Below are positions 1 through 12,890 of a stretch of 64,000 bases of DNA, piece after piece. The translations under genes and the position numbers were made by a program. Source of the DNA: Nitrospirales bacterium (GTDB lineage Bacteria; Nitrospirota; Nitrospiria; Nitrospirales; UBA8639); contig CBDBCZ010000010.1 of assembly GCA_965203295.1 (NCBI GenBank), positions 224,001 through 288,000 of the forward strand, written 5' to 3'. The notes beneath the pieces are model-generated. The model searched no databases, was not told the origin of the DNA, and worked only from the letters and a program-made list of their open reading frames with translations. Every line of letters begins with the position of its first letter. The first letter of the stretch is position 1.

Positions 1-2829
1 AAGCTTCCCTTCCCGATAACCTTCTCAAACTTCAGGTCTGTTCCCCTCAGTACAGTGGCTGTCAAGAAGAGAAATAACAGGTACCAAATACAACATACCT
101 ACTCAAACTAAAACTACCTTATGTGAGGTATATAATAAATATAGTACTAGGAGCATGGTAAGGAGACATGCAGGGCTGTTCTGTATATGAAGCTAAATTA
201 TTATCCCCTGGACACGAAGTATTAAAGCATGTATGTATTATGTATGCATCACGCTCAACACAAGTAGCTTTTGAACTTAGTCACTTGCAGTTGTAGCCGG
301 CTCTGAGTAAAAGGGGAAATACAGTATATATTCATTGAGAAACATCTCAAGCAGGTATGCAAGTACAATAATACGCATATCATAAGTGCCAGGGCCATAT
401 ACATGTACTGTTTTAAGAATTAGACTATGGTATGCTTCGCCCTCGGTGATTACAGGTAGCATCCCTCAGGTCTCTAAAACAGCTAAGATACCTGCCTGAA
501 GTCACTAACCTATACTTAATACAATGAGCTCTGCTAGACTGACTTATCATGAGCCAAAGAGAGGATCGACAACAAAAGTCTCAAGTTCCTTAATTAATGA
601 CATACTGGTGAGTTCAATGTGTTGGTGCTGGTGGAGCAGCGGTATTTTCCCAGTTGGGACACGAAGTAGTTTAGCTCGTACATCCTCATCTGATGACTCC
701 AAATCCAGAGTCTGTAATCGCAATACACCGTCCCTTCCATTTGCAATAACTGAAGTCACAGCCATTCCCGAGGATACAGGGCAGTATTTCACTGCAGTGA
801 GGTAATGAATGTACTGTAGCCTAAGGATGCTGTCTTCAAGGGGTACAATTGTGGTTTGGCTATAGATAAGAGCAAGTTCACAAAGCGACTAACATGTCAT
901 CTTATATGTATATACCATACATCATGAAATTGATGCGCGCATCTAATTTGTATAAATTTGTGTGAGCATCTGAGCGTGTGTACGAATTAATTCACAAGTT
1001 ACTACATTAGGTTTTATATATTGCAAATGCGCATGAATTAAATCACAGTACTTTCCCTGGAATAATTTTTTTTTAAAAACTAAAACCACATGATTTAATG
1101 CAATTAAATTTTATGCTATACGGTGTATACTGTAACTTGGTTGTAGATTTCTGGGGTACTGCATCAGGTAGGCTGCGGCCTGATTAGTTGGACCAACTAG
1201 TATGCTACGGTGTAGCATAGGCAGCTAAGTGAGCCCCTATAGCTTCATTGCTACTGACAAGTGGCCAGCGCTACGTAGTACTGTACTGAGTGGTTGAACA
1301 GGTAGTCCAAGATGATGATGACTGCACTGCAGTTCTCTTAAATGTACACACTGGGACATACATATAGGGAAACGTATACACAGGAAAATACAAAAGACAG
1401 GAAGCACAAAGAAACCATGCAGGATACAGACAAAGACTCAGACAACAAAGAGGCAAGGAGGACATTAACACCTGGTAATTAACACCAATATACATTTGTT
1501 ATCAGTTTTATGTAACAAACTCTACAAATAAGTACCATCCTATACACAATGAGGAATACAGTATTGCTTGCACAAGTTGCTGCATGTCTTTACCTGAAAA
1601 TCCATCATCTAGGCACACTTCTCCAGGATCTGTGTCCCCCAATTCAATTGGCCTCGCCACAGTCCCCAATGTTTCAGTTGACATGGTGGCACCTATTAAT
1701 GATCCGTATGTCATGAATAAAGTCTGTCCTCCTTCCAACAAGAACTGCGCAGACATTTTTCTCGAAGGTACTGTCACTTTGATTTTTTTCTTCGGTGGCT
1801 AATGTTTAAAAAAATCATTCAAAAACATGCAGGATATGCATGGTCTACTGTATATGCAAACCTCTTCCACTTCTTTACTTCATCAACGGGTAAATATATA
1901 CCAAATGTTTTCTTCCCTCTCACAGCTTGACCACCGATCTCCTCCACGTACCTTCCTAGTGTCCACTGTTCCTCACCTTGAAGTGGACAGTCATTTACGA
2001 CACCCCCTGACACCACCAACTGGAGTTCATCGATGTCGGTTTTTATTGCAAGGTCACGGGCACCTCTTTCCACTACCTCACTGTAGGTGTCATCATCCGT
2101 AAAGCCTGGGACTTGAACATTGGTGGTTGTACTCACATACGAGAACCCAGCACGGCGATAACGACAGAAATTCAGCTGCAGTTTAATATTGCTGTACATG
2201 TAAATGGTTCAATGCTGCAGTGCTTCATAGTTCTCATTATATTTTGAGCCAATTCACCACTTATTAAATAAGAGTATCAAATCAAGGGCCTTAATATGGT
2301 AGCAGACTTACCGAGTACAACTTCCGTTTGGGTGCCTTTTGCTTTGATTTAGAAGAACTTGTAGCACCGTCACTTTTTAAGCTTAGCTGTTTCTTGCGGT
2401 ACAACTCCACCAGTTCTTCTGCAGTTTGTGGATCTGTCACCAGGATAAAAAGTATCTTATCACGGCAATGTGCACTGCAAACTCTTCATTGGATAAGCTT
2501 TCTGAGAGAGTAAAGAAATCCCGAAAAAACGGGACCCAGCTGGGGATTGAGCCCAGGACCTTCTGAATACTAGTCAGATGCCCTTACCAATTGAGCAACT
2601 GGAGCCCCTTGGCAGAGGAGCAGTAGGCAAGCTTTATATAGCCAATTACCATCTAAACACGATAAACGTGCTACACAGATAAAATTGTGCCTAGTTAAGG
2701 AATGCACTTACTTGGCGTTGCTTCAGCTTTGGCTTGCTCTCCTGAAAGAGCTGCGATGACCAGATCAAGTTTCTGATCAGAAGCTTTTGTGAGGGAACTC
2801 AATACATTCGCAAGCTTTCTCTGCGCCAT
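1..2829 (-). pseudogene. Multi-exon gene of unknown product carried by the element (degraded)
   Basis: ATG at 2829 (MAQRKLANVLSSLTK...ATP|gtaag). Further exon-like blocks with gt donors at ~2310-2510, 1880-2170, 1550-1800 and 547-830. In-frame stops are present and no domain is recognised. Confidence 0.45.
2533..2606 (-). pseudogene. tRNA-Thr(AGT)-like sequence, likely a tRNA-derived SINE head or tRNA pseudogene in an intron
   Basis: GGCTCCAG-TTGCTCAATTGG (A-box), TCTGA-CTAGTAT-TCAGA anticodon arm, GGCTCAATCC (degenerate B-box), then TTTTTT. Mismatches in the acceptor stem and T-loop. Confidence 0.6.
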
Positions 2830-2984
2830 TGTCCATTCTGATTCCACGTGCCGTGTGAAATACTGTGCATGTATACTGTGCATGTGCATACGCACGCCTG
2901 GAGTCGGACCTAGACCTGCGCGCATAGTGCATAGTCACATATTCGTATTGCACGCTTGGATCCCGCATCACACACCTGGACCGA

Positions 2985-3230
2985 CTTACGGCCGCACACG
3001 GACCCTCTCATGTTACACGTTGACCCTCCCAAGGCGCCAAGGCACGTGTGAACAGGCGTATAGCGCATACGGACCCTCGCACGGTACGTGTGGACCAGCG
3101 TATGGCACATATGAACCCTCGCATAGTATGTGTGGACCGGCGTACGGCGCATACGGACCCTCGCACAGTTACGTGTGGACCCTCGCATGGCACGTGCGGA
3201 CATTCGCGAAGCGATCGGCATAGCGCGTGA
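2985..3230. repeat. ~42-bp CpG-rich subterminal tandem repeat (3-4 degenerate units)
   Basis: The unit ACGGACCCTCGCACGGTACGTGTGGACCAGCGTATGGCGCAT recurs at ~3070, 3112 and 3152. Confidence 0.8.
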
Positions 3231-3506
3231 CCTTCAGGGCCACCGTAGCCTTCCGATGTTCCCCTGGAAGACAAAGGATTTCAAAGTAATTTAATTTGTT
3301 TTTTCGCAGAACGTAAAGCAATTCTAATTATTGTGGTCCGTATTGGTCATGATCAGGTGGTGATGTAGTAATGCCAAAAGAGTGGCAAAGCCTGAAGAAG
3401 TGTCTGAGTACATGTACGGGTAAGGATCATGTAATATTTACAAGTGCACTGCAGTTGGTACAGACAAAACATTAATAATTTACTACTTACTAATGTGTAG
3501 CTACCA

Positions 3507-4479
3507 GTGAGCTGAGGCTGGTGAAAGTCATTGGACAGGGGATGTTTGGTCGAGTACACCAAGGGATCTGGCGTGGAACTGTGATTGCTGCCGAAGAAAT
3601 TCTCGCCCTTGACCACGAGAAAATGCTGGAGCAAGAGTTAGCTGCATATAGGTAAGGAATATTTGTGAGTACAACTGTGTGTGTACTTTAACGTGAACGA
3701 GAATAGGTTTTAGCAGAACTAACAAGTTTTTGCTTTTTATCATAGGGCTCTTCAACATCCCAACATTTTGAGTTTCCTGGGCACAGTCTCCAAGCGTGGT
3801 AGCGTTTACATTATCACAAATTATGTCCAAGGGCAGAACCTACATGACAAAATTTTCAACACTGATGTGAAGGTCAGTCTGTGCTGGTTACCTCATATGC
3901 TGGTAGGTTTTATATTTCTCCTTCCTGAATACAGCTCACATATAAGTACAAGCCTGCCAAGCTGTTGCATTTATGTATTCAGCATCACCCCCACTTGTGC
4001 ACCTTGACATAAAGCCAGCTAATATCCTCGTAAGTTAAGCCTCGTGACATCTAGTTTAGGAGTTGGTATTATCTAGTTATGCTACATACAGGTCGAAGAA
4101 CACACATGCCATGTGTACGTTTGTACCGCTAAACACCAAGGCAGTTAGCACAGCGACAATGCAAGCAGGCACTCCAGGTTTTCAGGTCCCTGAGCAGCTG
4201 AAGGGAGAGGGCATAGGACCCCACTGTGACGTCTATGCACTTGGAGGAGTGATAACGGAGCTATTTGGAGAGAAAATGCTTTGGGGTAAAATATCGCCCC
4301 ATACTATAATGTTTAAGGTTGCTGTAGAAAGAACCGTTCCTACGACCACTCACCTTTCAAGCCAGGTTGAAACCATTGCCCGGTGTTGCCTGTGCACGCA
4401 GTCAGAAAGGAAGACTGCCATTCAGCTCTTGAAGTTGATTTTAGAGCTGCTCCTGGACCAGGAACTGTTGATACATTAG
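3507..4479 (+). pseudogene. Spliced Ser/Thr (TKL-like) protein kinase, degraded
   Basis: Exons give VIGQGMFGRVHQGIWRGTVIAAEE (Gly loop, catalytic Lys absent), LQHPNILSFLG, LVHLDIKPANIL and GTPGFQVPEQ..CDVYALG. The DFG segment is missing. Confidence 0.85.
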
Positions 4480-4627
4480 CATGCATCTGTATGCATTTCA
4501 CAGCTGCTATTGCTCTAGATACTGCTATTGTGCATGTATGCTGCTATATTGATTTCACTGAACAATGCCTGTTGTGGTCATTATACATTTACTGAGAAAT
4601 TGGGTAGCATAATGTATAGATTTAAAG

Positions 4628-4827
4628 TCACTGAATTTCATGAAGAAGGTTGGTGTACAGGATAAGTGCCTCCTGACAGTTGCTAGGCATGTACTAGTTG
4701 TTCTGCTCCATTATGATGTCCACCAAGGTTACAAACTCATCAGGAACAGGTGCAGGTTTTGAGGATGTGTGTTGGTAACAAAACTGGATATCTTGGCTAT
4801 CAGCGGGATAACCATAATCTTGATACC
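4628..4827 (-). pseudogene. Last exon of an IS3EU-type integrase-core transposase (remnant)
   Basis: After ttcag: GYQDYGYPADSQDIQFC..PDEFVTLVDIIMEQNN*YMPSNCQEALILYTNLL. This resembles the C-terminus of eukaryotic integrase-core transposases (from recall). Confidence 0.5.
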
Positions 4828-4877
4828 TGAAGAACAACAATATGGTTGTATTAAATGGGCAACGGTAAAATGTTATA

Positions 4878-5487
4878 TTATTGCATGAGTCACTGTGCAT
4901 TACAGAAAAATAATGCACTCGTGCATTATTTTCCGTAATACACAGTGATGAGTGCAATAAGGGATTTATTGTATTCTACTGTGTCCAAACATTCCAGAAA
5001 CTGAAGATACTATCATGACATTACATTATATGCATGATATATATACAGCAGTTTTTTTTTGCGATAGAGCTAGCTCGAACAGCCTCGCACCATCGCAGTC
5101 ACGTTCTCAAGTCGCTCCGCGTCTTTTTTTTTAATGAAATTCTTACCTGAATAAATTCTTGAATTTCTTAGTCATCTAGAAGCACGCCGCTCTCAATTGT
5201 ATTCTCGCTTTCTTCTAGCCACTCACTACTGGCGGCTTCGACTCCGCCATAGCTGCATGCAAGAGCGCATACAAATAAGTTTCCCCGATTGTGGGCGGGG
5301 AAACTTATTTTAAGCGCTCTTGCTGCATGCACTTCAAACGGTAACCAAGGTTTCTGCGCATGCGCATTAAATAAGCCAATCAAATCGTTATTCGTGTACT
5401 ATAGCAACGGAGTATACATTACCGGAAAATAATGCACAGTTCGCCTACGGAAATTTATACAGGACGCAGTAGAAGTATACAATAAAT
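4878..5487. mobile_element. Non-autonomous element with an ~83-bp imperfect palindrome and inverted ends
   Basis: Palindrome 4878-4960 centred on AATAATGCAC-TC-GTGCATTATT. ATTTATTGTATTCTACTGTGTCC (4966) is an imperfect inverted copy of GGACGCAGTAGAAGTATACAATAAAT (5462-5487). Confidence 0.5.
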
Positions 5488-6159
5488 AATAATAATATTC
5501 ATACCTTGCAAACTAGGTAGGTGATATAGCTCATCAGGTTTGCCACCTACCCCTCCTCTTGGCATTCTAATTACATGTGTATTCCACATTTGCACAATGT
5601 CATTCATTTCTTTTTGGAGCACATCCATGAAAGCAAACCACTGTTTGTAAATCTAGAGAAGGAAAATAACTATGTGCAATGCTATGTGAATTCACATAAT
5701 ATATAACTTACATATGGATAGGATTAGTTTCATCGAAGTATCCATTAACTTTAAGCTCTTACAGAAATGATTACCAACTATTGACTTCATTCTAGTAGTT
5801 ACATGTGCCGTTATGCTATGACATACCCGGAAAAACTCCATCCACCAATCTGTACACCACATATGCACTGTATGCCACCATCATTCTATTCTCTAGCAAT
5901 ATTATGATAATTTTGTGTAATGGATAATAGGATATAGTTAAACACCCCCACCCCCAAAATAAAATTACCAACCTGATTGCTGACAGATTTTCCGAATTGA
6001 AAACTCTTCTCCCCTGCTAGTCCATCTTGTTCATGTTGTGTCAAAAAAGGTTGTAAAAAGGCAACTTTGGCATTCTCTGGCGAAGCGATCTAGAGAAGCG
6101 ATCTTATCCGGAGCGCCAGAGTGGGAGAGCGCTAAGCTAAAACGATGAATTTCTTATTC

Positions 6160-6901
6160 CTGAACTAGTCATAGAACGACCAGGGATCTACCTAAATGAA
6201 ATCTGCTGAGAACTGCAAACCAGTGGAACAGATGTGAGCATAGCCACCATCTGTGGGTTTTTGCACAAGTATGGATTTACTTGTACAAAGATCCAAGTCG
6301 TAGCTCTACAACAGAGTGAAGTACTTCGGCATAAATATATGACAGATATAGTATTATATGAATCGCCAATGATGGTTTTCGTTGACGAAACCGGCGCTGA
6401 CAGGAGAGATTCTTTAAAAAAAAAATTGGCTACAGCTTACATGGAAAGTGTACCCGGGCTCAGAAGATTATAGCAAGGGGACAGCATGTTTCTGCTATTG
6501 GTGCGATGTCAATAAATGGAATCCTGGAGTGCCAGTTTCACAGTGGAAGTATTAATGGTGAGAAATTTTATAGCTTTGTTGAAAACTCCCTGCTACCACA
6601 CCTGATGCCATTCAACGGGACTAACCAACACAGTGTAGTGATATTGGATAACGCAACCATTCATCACATACAAGGCATTTCTGAACTTATTGCAAGTGCA
6701 GGTGTGTTACATATCTATCTCCCTCCGTATTCACCGGACCTCAATCCTATCGAGGAGCTCTTTTCCAGTGTGAAATCATACTTAAAAGCAAATGAGGTTT
6801 TACTGCAGATTGTAGATGATATTGAAAGTCTTTTATTGGCTGCGTTCACAAACATTTCGAATGATGATCGTAAAGCCTGGGTTAAAGACTCAGGATATTG
6901 A
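6160..6901 (+). pseudogene. IS630/Tc1-mariner DD34E transposase (frameshifted), copy 1
   Basis: MVFVDETG, VVILDNATIH, LPPYSPDLNPIEE, with 34 residues between the second D and E. Split into ORFs 6234-6473 and 6506-6901. Confidence 0.9.
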
Positions 6902-7061
6902 TTTTAATAGTAGTTGCAGTTTGCCTCAGCTCTAGAGTAATATGCTCAAGCACATCTCCATGGAATTATTAATAACTATTTGCAGTATGCATGACATTGT
7001 AGCACATGTAAATATTCCTGATCATGTTAGATATGATGATATAAATGGCATGACAAAATTA

Positions 7062-7800
7062 TCAATGGAGGCTGCGCAGATTTGCCATGATGCGGCGCTT
7101 TTCAATACCAAACTCTCCATCAGTGAGAATGTTGTCACCATGAAGGTTCTGGATAGTTTTTAACTGCAGCAGATATTGTTGACTAAACTGGGCTATTTTA
7201 CTGGGAGAGATGCCAGTGGAGGGAGAAGTCTTGAGAGCTGCAGCAGGTGAACGACTAAGTGCATGCGCTAAAACCACAGCAGTATCTGTAAAAACACTAG
7301 TGGTGTCATTTTTGGGTCTCTCTTTGGAGTGTGACCCAGATATCATTGGAACAGGTGGTGGATTGTCCTTGCCGTTTCATTGCTGCTTTCAATCATTCTA
7401 GCCCACATTTTTACTTGCGCATAACTATATTTATCTCCATGAATTTTCGTTAGTTCATTAGTTAATTCCTCTAACTTCCTCTCTTGGGAGGCTTTTTTGG
7501 TTTGAGGTGCATCAGATGTACGAGAACTGTTGGCACCAGTTTCATGAGAGTCTGATTCTTTGGTGTCCCTTTTACTGCACCACAGTAATATTTCTCTGTT
7601 TGGTTTTCCTGACATATACATAGCCTCAAGGTCATCACTTGAGATGATAGAACACTTCTTTTGTGGTCGTCCATATAGATAACTGACTTGAATTGAGTCT
7701 ATTTAGACGCAGGAGGGACTAGCTTACCAAGACTCCACTAACTGGTACTTCAATTCTAATGCAGTTGTGAATGGGTAATTCCATGCCAAATCAACACCAA
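7062..7800 (-). pseudogene. Accessory gene (PB1/Ubl-like N-terminus, KYSxxQxxxWAxMI motif, SHOCT-like C-terminus), copy 1
   Basis: DDLEAMY..EILLWC; KIHGDKYSYAQVKMWARMI; QLKTIQNLHGDNILTDGEFGIEKRRIM. Convergent with transposase copy 1. Confidence 0.65.
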
Positions 7801-8248
7801 ACAAGTTTGATATTTCATATATAAAAAACCAGCCGGACTGTCGAACTTTCCAAGTCCATTTATCAATCAGAATTATGTCAGTGTTATTTGTGATTATATA
7901 CATAGTGAGTTGGAATAATATGATTATACATGGAGATTATACAGGCAGCAAACAGTATACAGGTGGAATATATATTTAAATGATAGAGATTCATGCTTCT
8001 GGTTATCTATGACTTTACAATGCTATATATATAAGAACTGAACTTGTCAATGAGGTGATATACCCCTATCAAGTTGTTGATTGTTTTCCTATGGCCACTT
8101 TGTGCGGTAATGTGTGGGCATGGACATCGCTATTGTCATCCAAAACACACTAATGAGCTGCGTATGTATAGCCCATAGCTTAACCCTAACTCTAAGGTAG
8201 ACACATACACACACATAGAGCCATGGGAAGCATATATCCTTTTGTCAG

Positions 8249-8512
8249 CAGGCCCGTTGGAAGCTCTCAAGAAGCTGCTCTCGCTGCATCTCGCTACATT
8301 GAAGGTCATGCACTAACATTACGTAAAGAAAACTCCATACAGGCTTGAGATTAAGCATACAGCCAGCTCATAGTGTCTCGGGCCACGCCTTACTCGTACT
8401 CTGCGCGCGAGTGGGGGGCGGTACCGTGGTACGCGAAACTTCAAGCGCGTACGAAAAAAAAATTGGCATGAAAAGTGGGGCGGCTCAGGCCGCCCCGCTT
8501 TTGACGGCCCTG
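8249..8512. mobile_element. hAT-like MITE with 5-bp TSD
   Basis: Imperfect TIR CAGGCCCGTTGGAAGC / GCTTTTGACGGCCCTG, flanked on both sides by GTCAG. Probably nested in an older related MITE ending TACGGCCCTG at 9040. Confidence 0.6.
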
Positions 8513-11011
8513 GTCAGGTGGGTAGTGGAGCATGACATGCTTGGAAATGCGCGCATAGCACACCAGCTGGGGGGGGGGTCTGGGGGCATCCCCCTCAGGA
8601 ACATTTTGGATTTTAGACCTTCTGATATCGTTTCTAGTGCAATCTTGGTGTAAAATAGTGAGAATTAGACAAGTTTCTGCCATACCCAAAACCTAGCCTT
8701 TGTGCTCGAAGCCCGGATCTGGCGTATCAGACTGCACAGGCATTGCGACGTCACCTACTGTGAATGTGTGCACATACCATACCGCGCCGCTCATGCATGG
8801 TAGTGACACTTTCGTTAGTCAAAACTGCTTGGCATAAAGTATGACTCGATCATGTCGGGGGTACGTAACAATATATACTACTATGTGGCTGGCTGCTTAA
8901 TTCTACTATACTGCGGCTTAATATAGATAATGGGTGTGACGCTCGCTTGCAGCGCATGCCTAGTGCCAATTTTTTTGGTAGGTGCGCCATGCTTTGGTCC
9001 GGTGGTTACTATACCTGCCAGACCTGCTCCTACGGCCCTGATATAGATATTCACAAACACATATACACATATACTCATGCAAGCAGACATACATGTATCT
9101 ACTATCAGAAACACACACTCTTATACACATATACATGTACATGTAGTACACCTGCTCTCATGTCTAGCAGGGGCAAAGAACAGAGATACAATGGAGGGAG
9201 TATGTGTATGTTGTGGTGATGAGTGAGTACATGTATGTCTACGTGTGCATGTGTGTGTGTATAGGTAACAAGTGATGTACTTGTCTTGGTAAGCAAGCCA
9301 TGGCAGATTTGCGTATGAGGTGATTCTCTGTTCTGACATACAGAATGTACTAGTTGACCAGAGCCATATGACCAGTCGTCCGTTCAAGATGATCAGTAGG
9401 GACGGAGTCAACCTCCATGGGAGTGCTCACCAGCGTGCTGTTGGCCATTGGCGCTCTTAGCCCAGGGTTCACAACTAGTGCCTCTTGTGCTAGTGGCTGG
9501 GAGTGGTGTATGGGGTTCGAACCTAAAAAGAGAGGGATTTTGATTATCAGAAGACAAAGACACTGGTATGTACAAGAAGTCAATGTGAACCACATTCGCA
9601 GTTACTTTGTCGTCCACGAAAGAGGAGCTTCAAATCGCAATAGTCCATTAGTCAGCAGTTTGTGGTGTTGGAGTCTCTGCAGTCACAGGTCATCAAATGA
9701 GCCCAAAAGAATCGTCACCAATTTGTAGTTAGAAAATTACAGTGCACATGCGCTGTGCAGGTTGTAATTCGAGAATTTTTTTGTGAACCATGCATTTTTA
9801 GGCAGTGTAACTTAGTTTTAGTTACTGTCACATCTATGGCATATTGGAATCTCGCACTATCATTTGAATTGCTTAACCACAGCCATTTTTGTGTTTGTTA
9901 CCTCTTTGTTGATGCCTACCTCTATCAGTCTCTACTTGTTAGGTTTTCAGCAAGGCCTTTAATTGCATGCTGGAATGCAACATGGAATGTCAAGTGCAGC
10001 AAAGGACACGTGACTGCGCACATTAAAGAATGCGTCAGATCAGAGGCCGAGGTTCGAATCGATCACGTGTACGTTGATAAATGTATGATGTCACATACGT
10101 ATAGCTGAAAGCATTCCATTGAGAAGAATACGGAAGATATGCAGAGGTATACGGTAACTGGGCTAAAGAACATGCTGTAGGTCTACAACCTTCGAGAGGA
10201 CGTGTGGGACGCCCCTCTAAAACCTTGGTTATAATCTTCTCTCTGCCCTAAGATGTTTTCTTTACATCAGACAGCTTAGCTAATTGCATTCCACTGTAGT
10301 GCACGAGATCGCTTCCAACCCCCTAGGTCTAGGCCTCTGTGAATGTTGCTGTAGTGCACGTGATTGCTTCCAACCTTTGTGAATGCTGCTGTGAATGTGT
10401 CTTCTGATCTACTAGCGCTATATTAGGTGTAAAACTCTCGTGACTAGATACGCGACAGACGGTCACCAGAGTACCAATTTCATTCTGATCGGAGTAAGTT
10501 CCCTTAGGACCAATCACTTAATGGAGTATAGTCTGTTCCATTTGTGATCAATACGCCAGTTTTGGCTTGCTGCCCAAGGGGTGACATTCAAACATTCTAT
10601 TATGAACACTAACATTCATTATGAAACTTATCTAGTTCTCTATACCGTATTACATCTACACTGTTATCGAGTTGCTAATAATCACTTTTATTGTACACTC
10701 CCAGTACCACTATGTAGTATCTCCTATATGGCAAACTGTCCAATATCCACTGATATTGAATGGCTTGCTGAACAGGCCATTTAGAATCATGGGTGGTGTG
10801 TACATTATACAATAAATTTGTCATTGAATGGGTAGCCATCCAATATCACTGGACATTGGACTCGTCTTGTTTGTAAGATATATGTACGCACCAATATGTG
10901 TTATAAATTCCTACTGTGTAGGTTTGATAATGACTTTCCAACTTCCACATATGCAGGTATACAAAAAAATGAGGCCTGGGTCCAGGCTGGCAACCTGAAG
11001 CTGCAGCTAGT

Positions 11012-11525
11012 TTAAAGTTCACTGCTTACGTGCCTAGAGGGGGTTGGGGATCCAGGAACACGATTGTTGTTTAAGTTTAGGTCTGGTACTAATGGTCTGA
11101 ATGAAGAGTTAGGAAGACATCGGGGTAAAAATGATGATAGGCAGTGTAAGTTATGTGGGGATGAATGTGAGAGTGTAGTACATGTGCTCTGGGAGTGTCC
11201 TGCATATGATACTATTAGAAGTACTTTCATGGAAGACTTAGACAAACTGTTGGGTGGAAGTTTTGAAGAGTTTAGTGCGCTCAATACTTTCAAGAGGACG
11301 GGCTTTGTTTTAGGGTGTGAGAATTGGGAAAGATATGATTTTGAGGATTTATTAAGGCTAGTTAAGAGTTTTATTTTATTAATAATACTAGGAAGAAAAA
11401 ATTATATGGCTATCGGGATGGTAATGGTGAGACATCTGGTTACTTTTGCTCTTGTCCGCTGATTGGAGATCTTTCAAGCTCCGCCTGCGTATGTGGGTGC
11501 GTGGTCAATGGCGTAAGCGCTACAA
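11012..11525 (+). mobile_element. 3' fragment of a non-LTR retrotransposon (LINE ORF2 C-terminal CCHC zinc finger)
   Basis: LLFKFRSGTNGLNEELGRH..CKLCGDECESVVHVLWECPAY, a zf-RVT-like motif. Confidence 0.75.
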
Positions 11526-12052
11526 ACCGTATGGTGGTGTAAATCAGATGTGTGTGAGTGAGTACTGACTGCTTACCGAGCAGTGAAGTGAAGGAGCTGC
11601 GTGCTCTTCCAGGGGTAGCTTCGGTGGACTGCCGCTGCCCAGTGGTTCACTCTCTGAGCATGACTTCATATGGAAAGAGATAAAGCGATGAGTGATGGGC
11701 TGTGGGGTGATAGAGTACCTTACCGTGCTGCATACAGTCTAAGTTTTCCTGCATACAGCGGGGAAGTATCGCTGATGTTCGGAGAAATGATTCGATGTGA
11801 CGGCAAGTATAATCATATTAAAAGAGAATACTTTAGATGGTGCTGTAATATGGACATCGACTGTGGATCATCTTACCGCCATGCGTGTCCCAGTGGTTGG
11901 TGCTGTGGGAGGGGCTATCTGTGCACGACTACAACCTGTTGTCGCTTTCATCGCTGAAAAGTGAACAAGTACAGAGCATATATGATATGAATAGAACAGA
12001 GTGTACCTTCCGCAAGGGTGAGTCGAACATCTTTCTCCGGGAGCTCATCAAT

Positions 12053-12449
12053 CAAGTCTGACATTTCATGTCTAAAAAACCAGCCAGACGCCTTTTCCGT
12101 ACAATACACAAAACTCAGCTTTGGCCGAGATACTATTATTCTTAGAGCGGTACAACGAAAGTGCTGAATCAGCAGTTTCGTCATGTGCCTCCAGTTAGTA
12201 GCTATATGCCAAGAACAAGAATTTTTACGGCTGCCTACTAAGTTTTCGCCATCTAAAACTACCTTCATTTGCTGTAGCTTGGCCTGCAAACCTCCAAAGC
12301 TGCTATACACTGCATGCAATTGCATAGTAACGTATGACGTAATATATTGCGCACGTGATAAGTGCGAACGCACAGACAAACAAACACGCGAAAAACGTAA
12401 AGCAAATTAATCTTAAAACAAGCCGTTCGCGCACTCCGGCTGGTAAAAA
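12053..12449 (-). mobile_element. Helentron-associated (DINE-1/HINE-like) non-autonomous element, copy 1
   Basis: Subterminal inverted repeats ACCAGCCGGA / TC(C/T)GGCTGGT, T-rich ends and a 3' hairpin GACAT-GAA-ATGTC. Near-identical sequence at 26021-26090 + 28530-28868, and a stub at ~7824. Confidence 0.6.
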
Positions 12450-12890
12450 TTATTTTGGTATTGTAAATGCCCATGGTATCCGTGGCGGTAGTGTGCATGG
12501 GATATCATATCACTTTCGAAACCAATGATAGTCAACTTAGGTCATCAGCAACTTACTGTAGTGCTCATCTGGTGTTTACCCCTATAGGGTTTATTTTCCT
12601 GTGTGGTGCAGTGCTTTAATGCTACCCCCACATTATCATATATGTATAGCTATCTCTTAGTGTTAATGGAGCACTGGTACTGGAATTGTGCAGTTGCATA
12701 CGCAAAGGTCATTAAGTGTTCATTGTAAGAGTTGAAAAGATATATTCCAGGAAGTACCGACCTTTTCAAGACTCTTGACCGTCACCTACCGAGGTAATAT
12801 TGCGCATGCGTATAGATTTGAACTTTGAACTGGCTTTTTAAAGCAGAAGCATGCACGCTCTCCTATACGATCTACGAGTCGTCTGAAATC

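Larger units (their letters stand above)
1..3247 (-). mobile_element. Terminal part of an IS3EU-like DNA transposon (other end lies outside the window)
   Basis: The minus strand from 3247 reads TACGGTGGCCCTGAAGG, a TAY-type terminus as recalled for IS3EU. It is followed by a subterminal tandem array (2985-3230) and a spliced gene starting at 2829. The TSD cannot be checked. Confidence 0.55.

Noticed and set aside
2533..2606. Functional tRNA-Thr gene
   Set aside because: Acceptor-stem mismatch and T-loop GGCTC instead of GGTTC; more consistent with a SINE or pseudogene.
2985..3230. CRISPR-like array
   Set aside because: Contiguous degenerate tandem units with no unique spacers, no cas genes, and a eukaryotic context.
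6234..6901. Bacterial IS630 contamination
   Set aside because: Embedded among spliced genes and eukaryotic TEs, and decayed like its neighbours.
9300..10530. Possible coding remnants
   Set aside because: No recognisable motif in any frame I could read.
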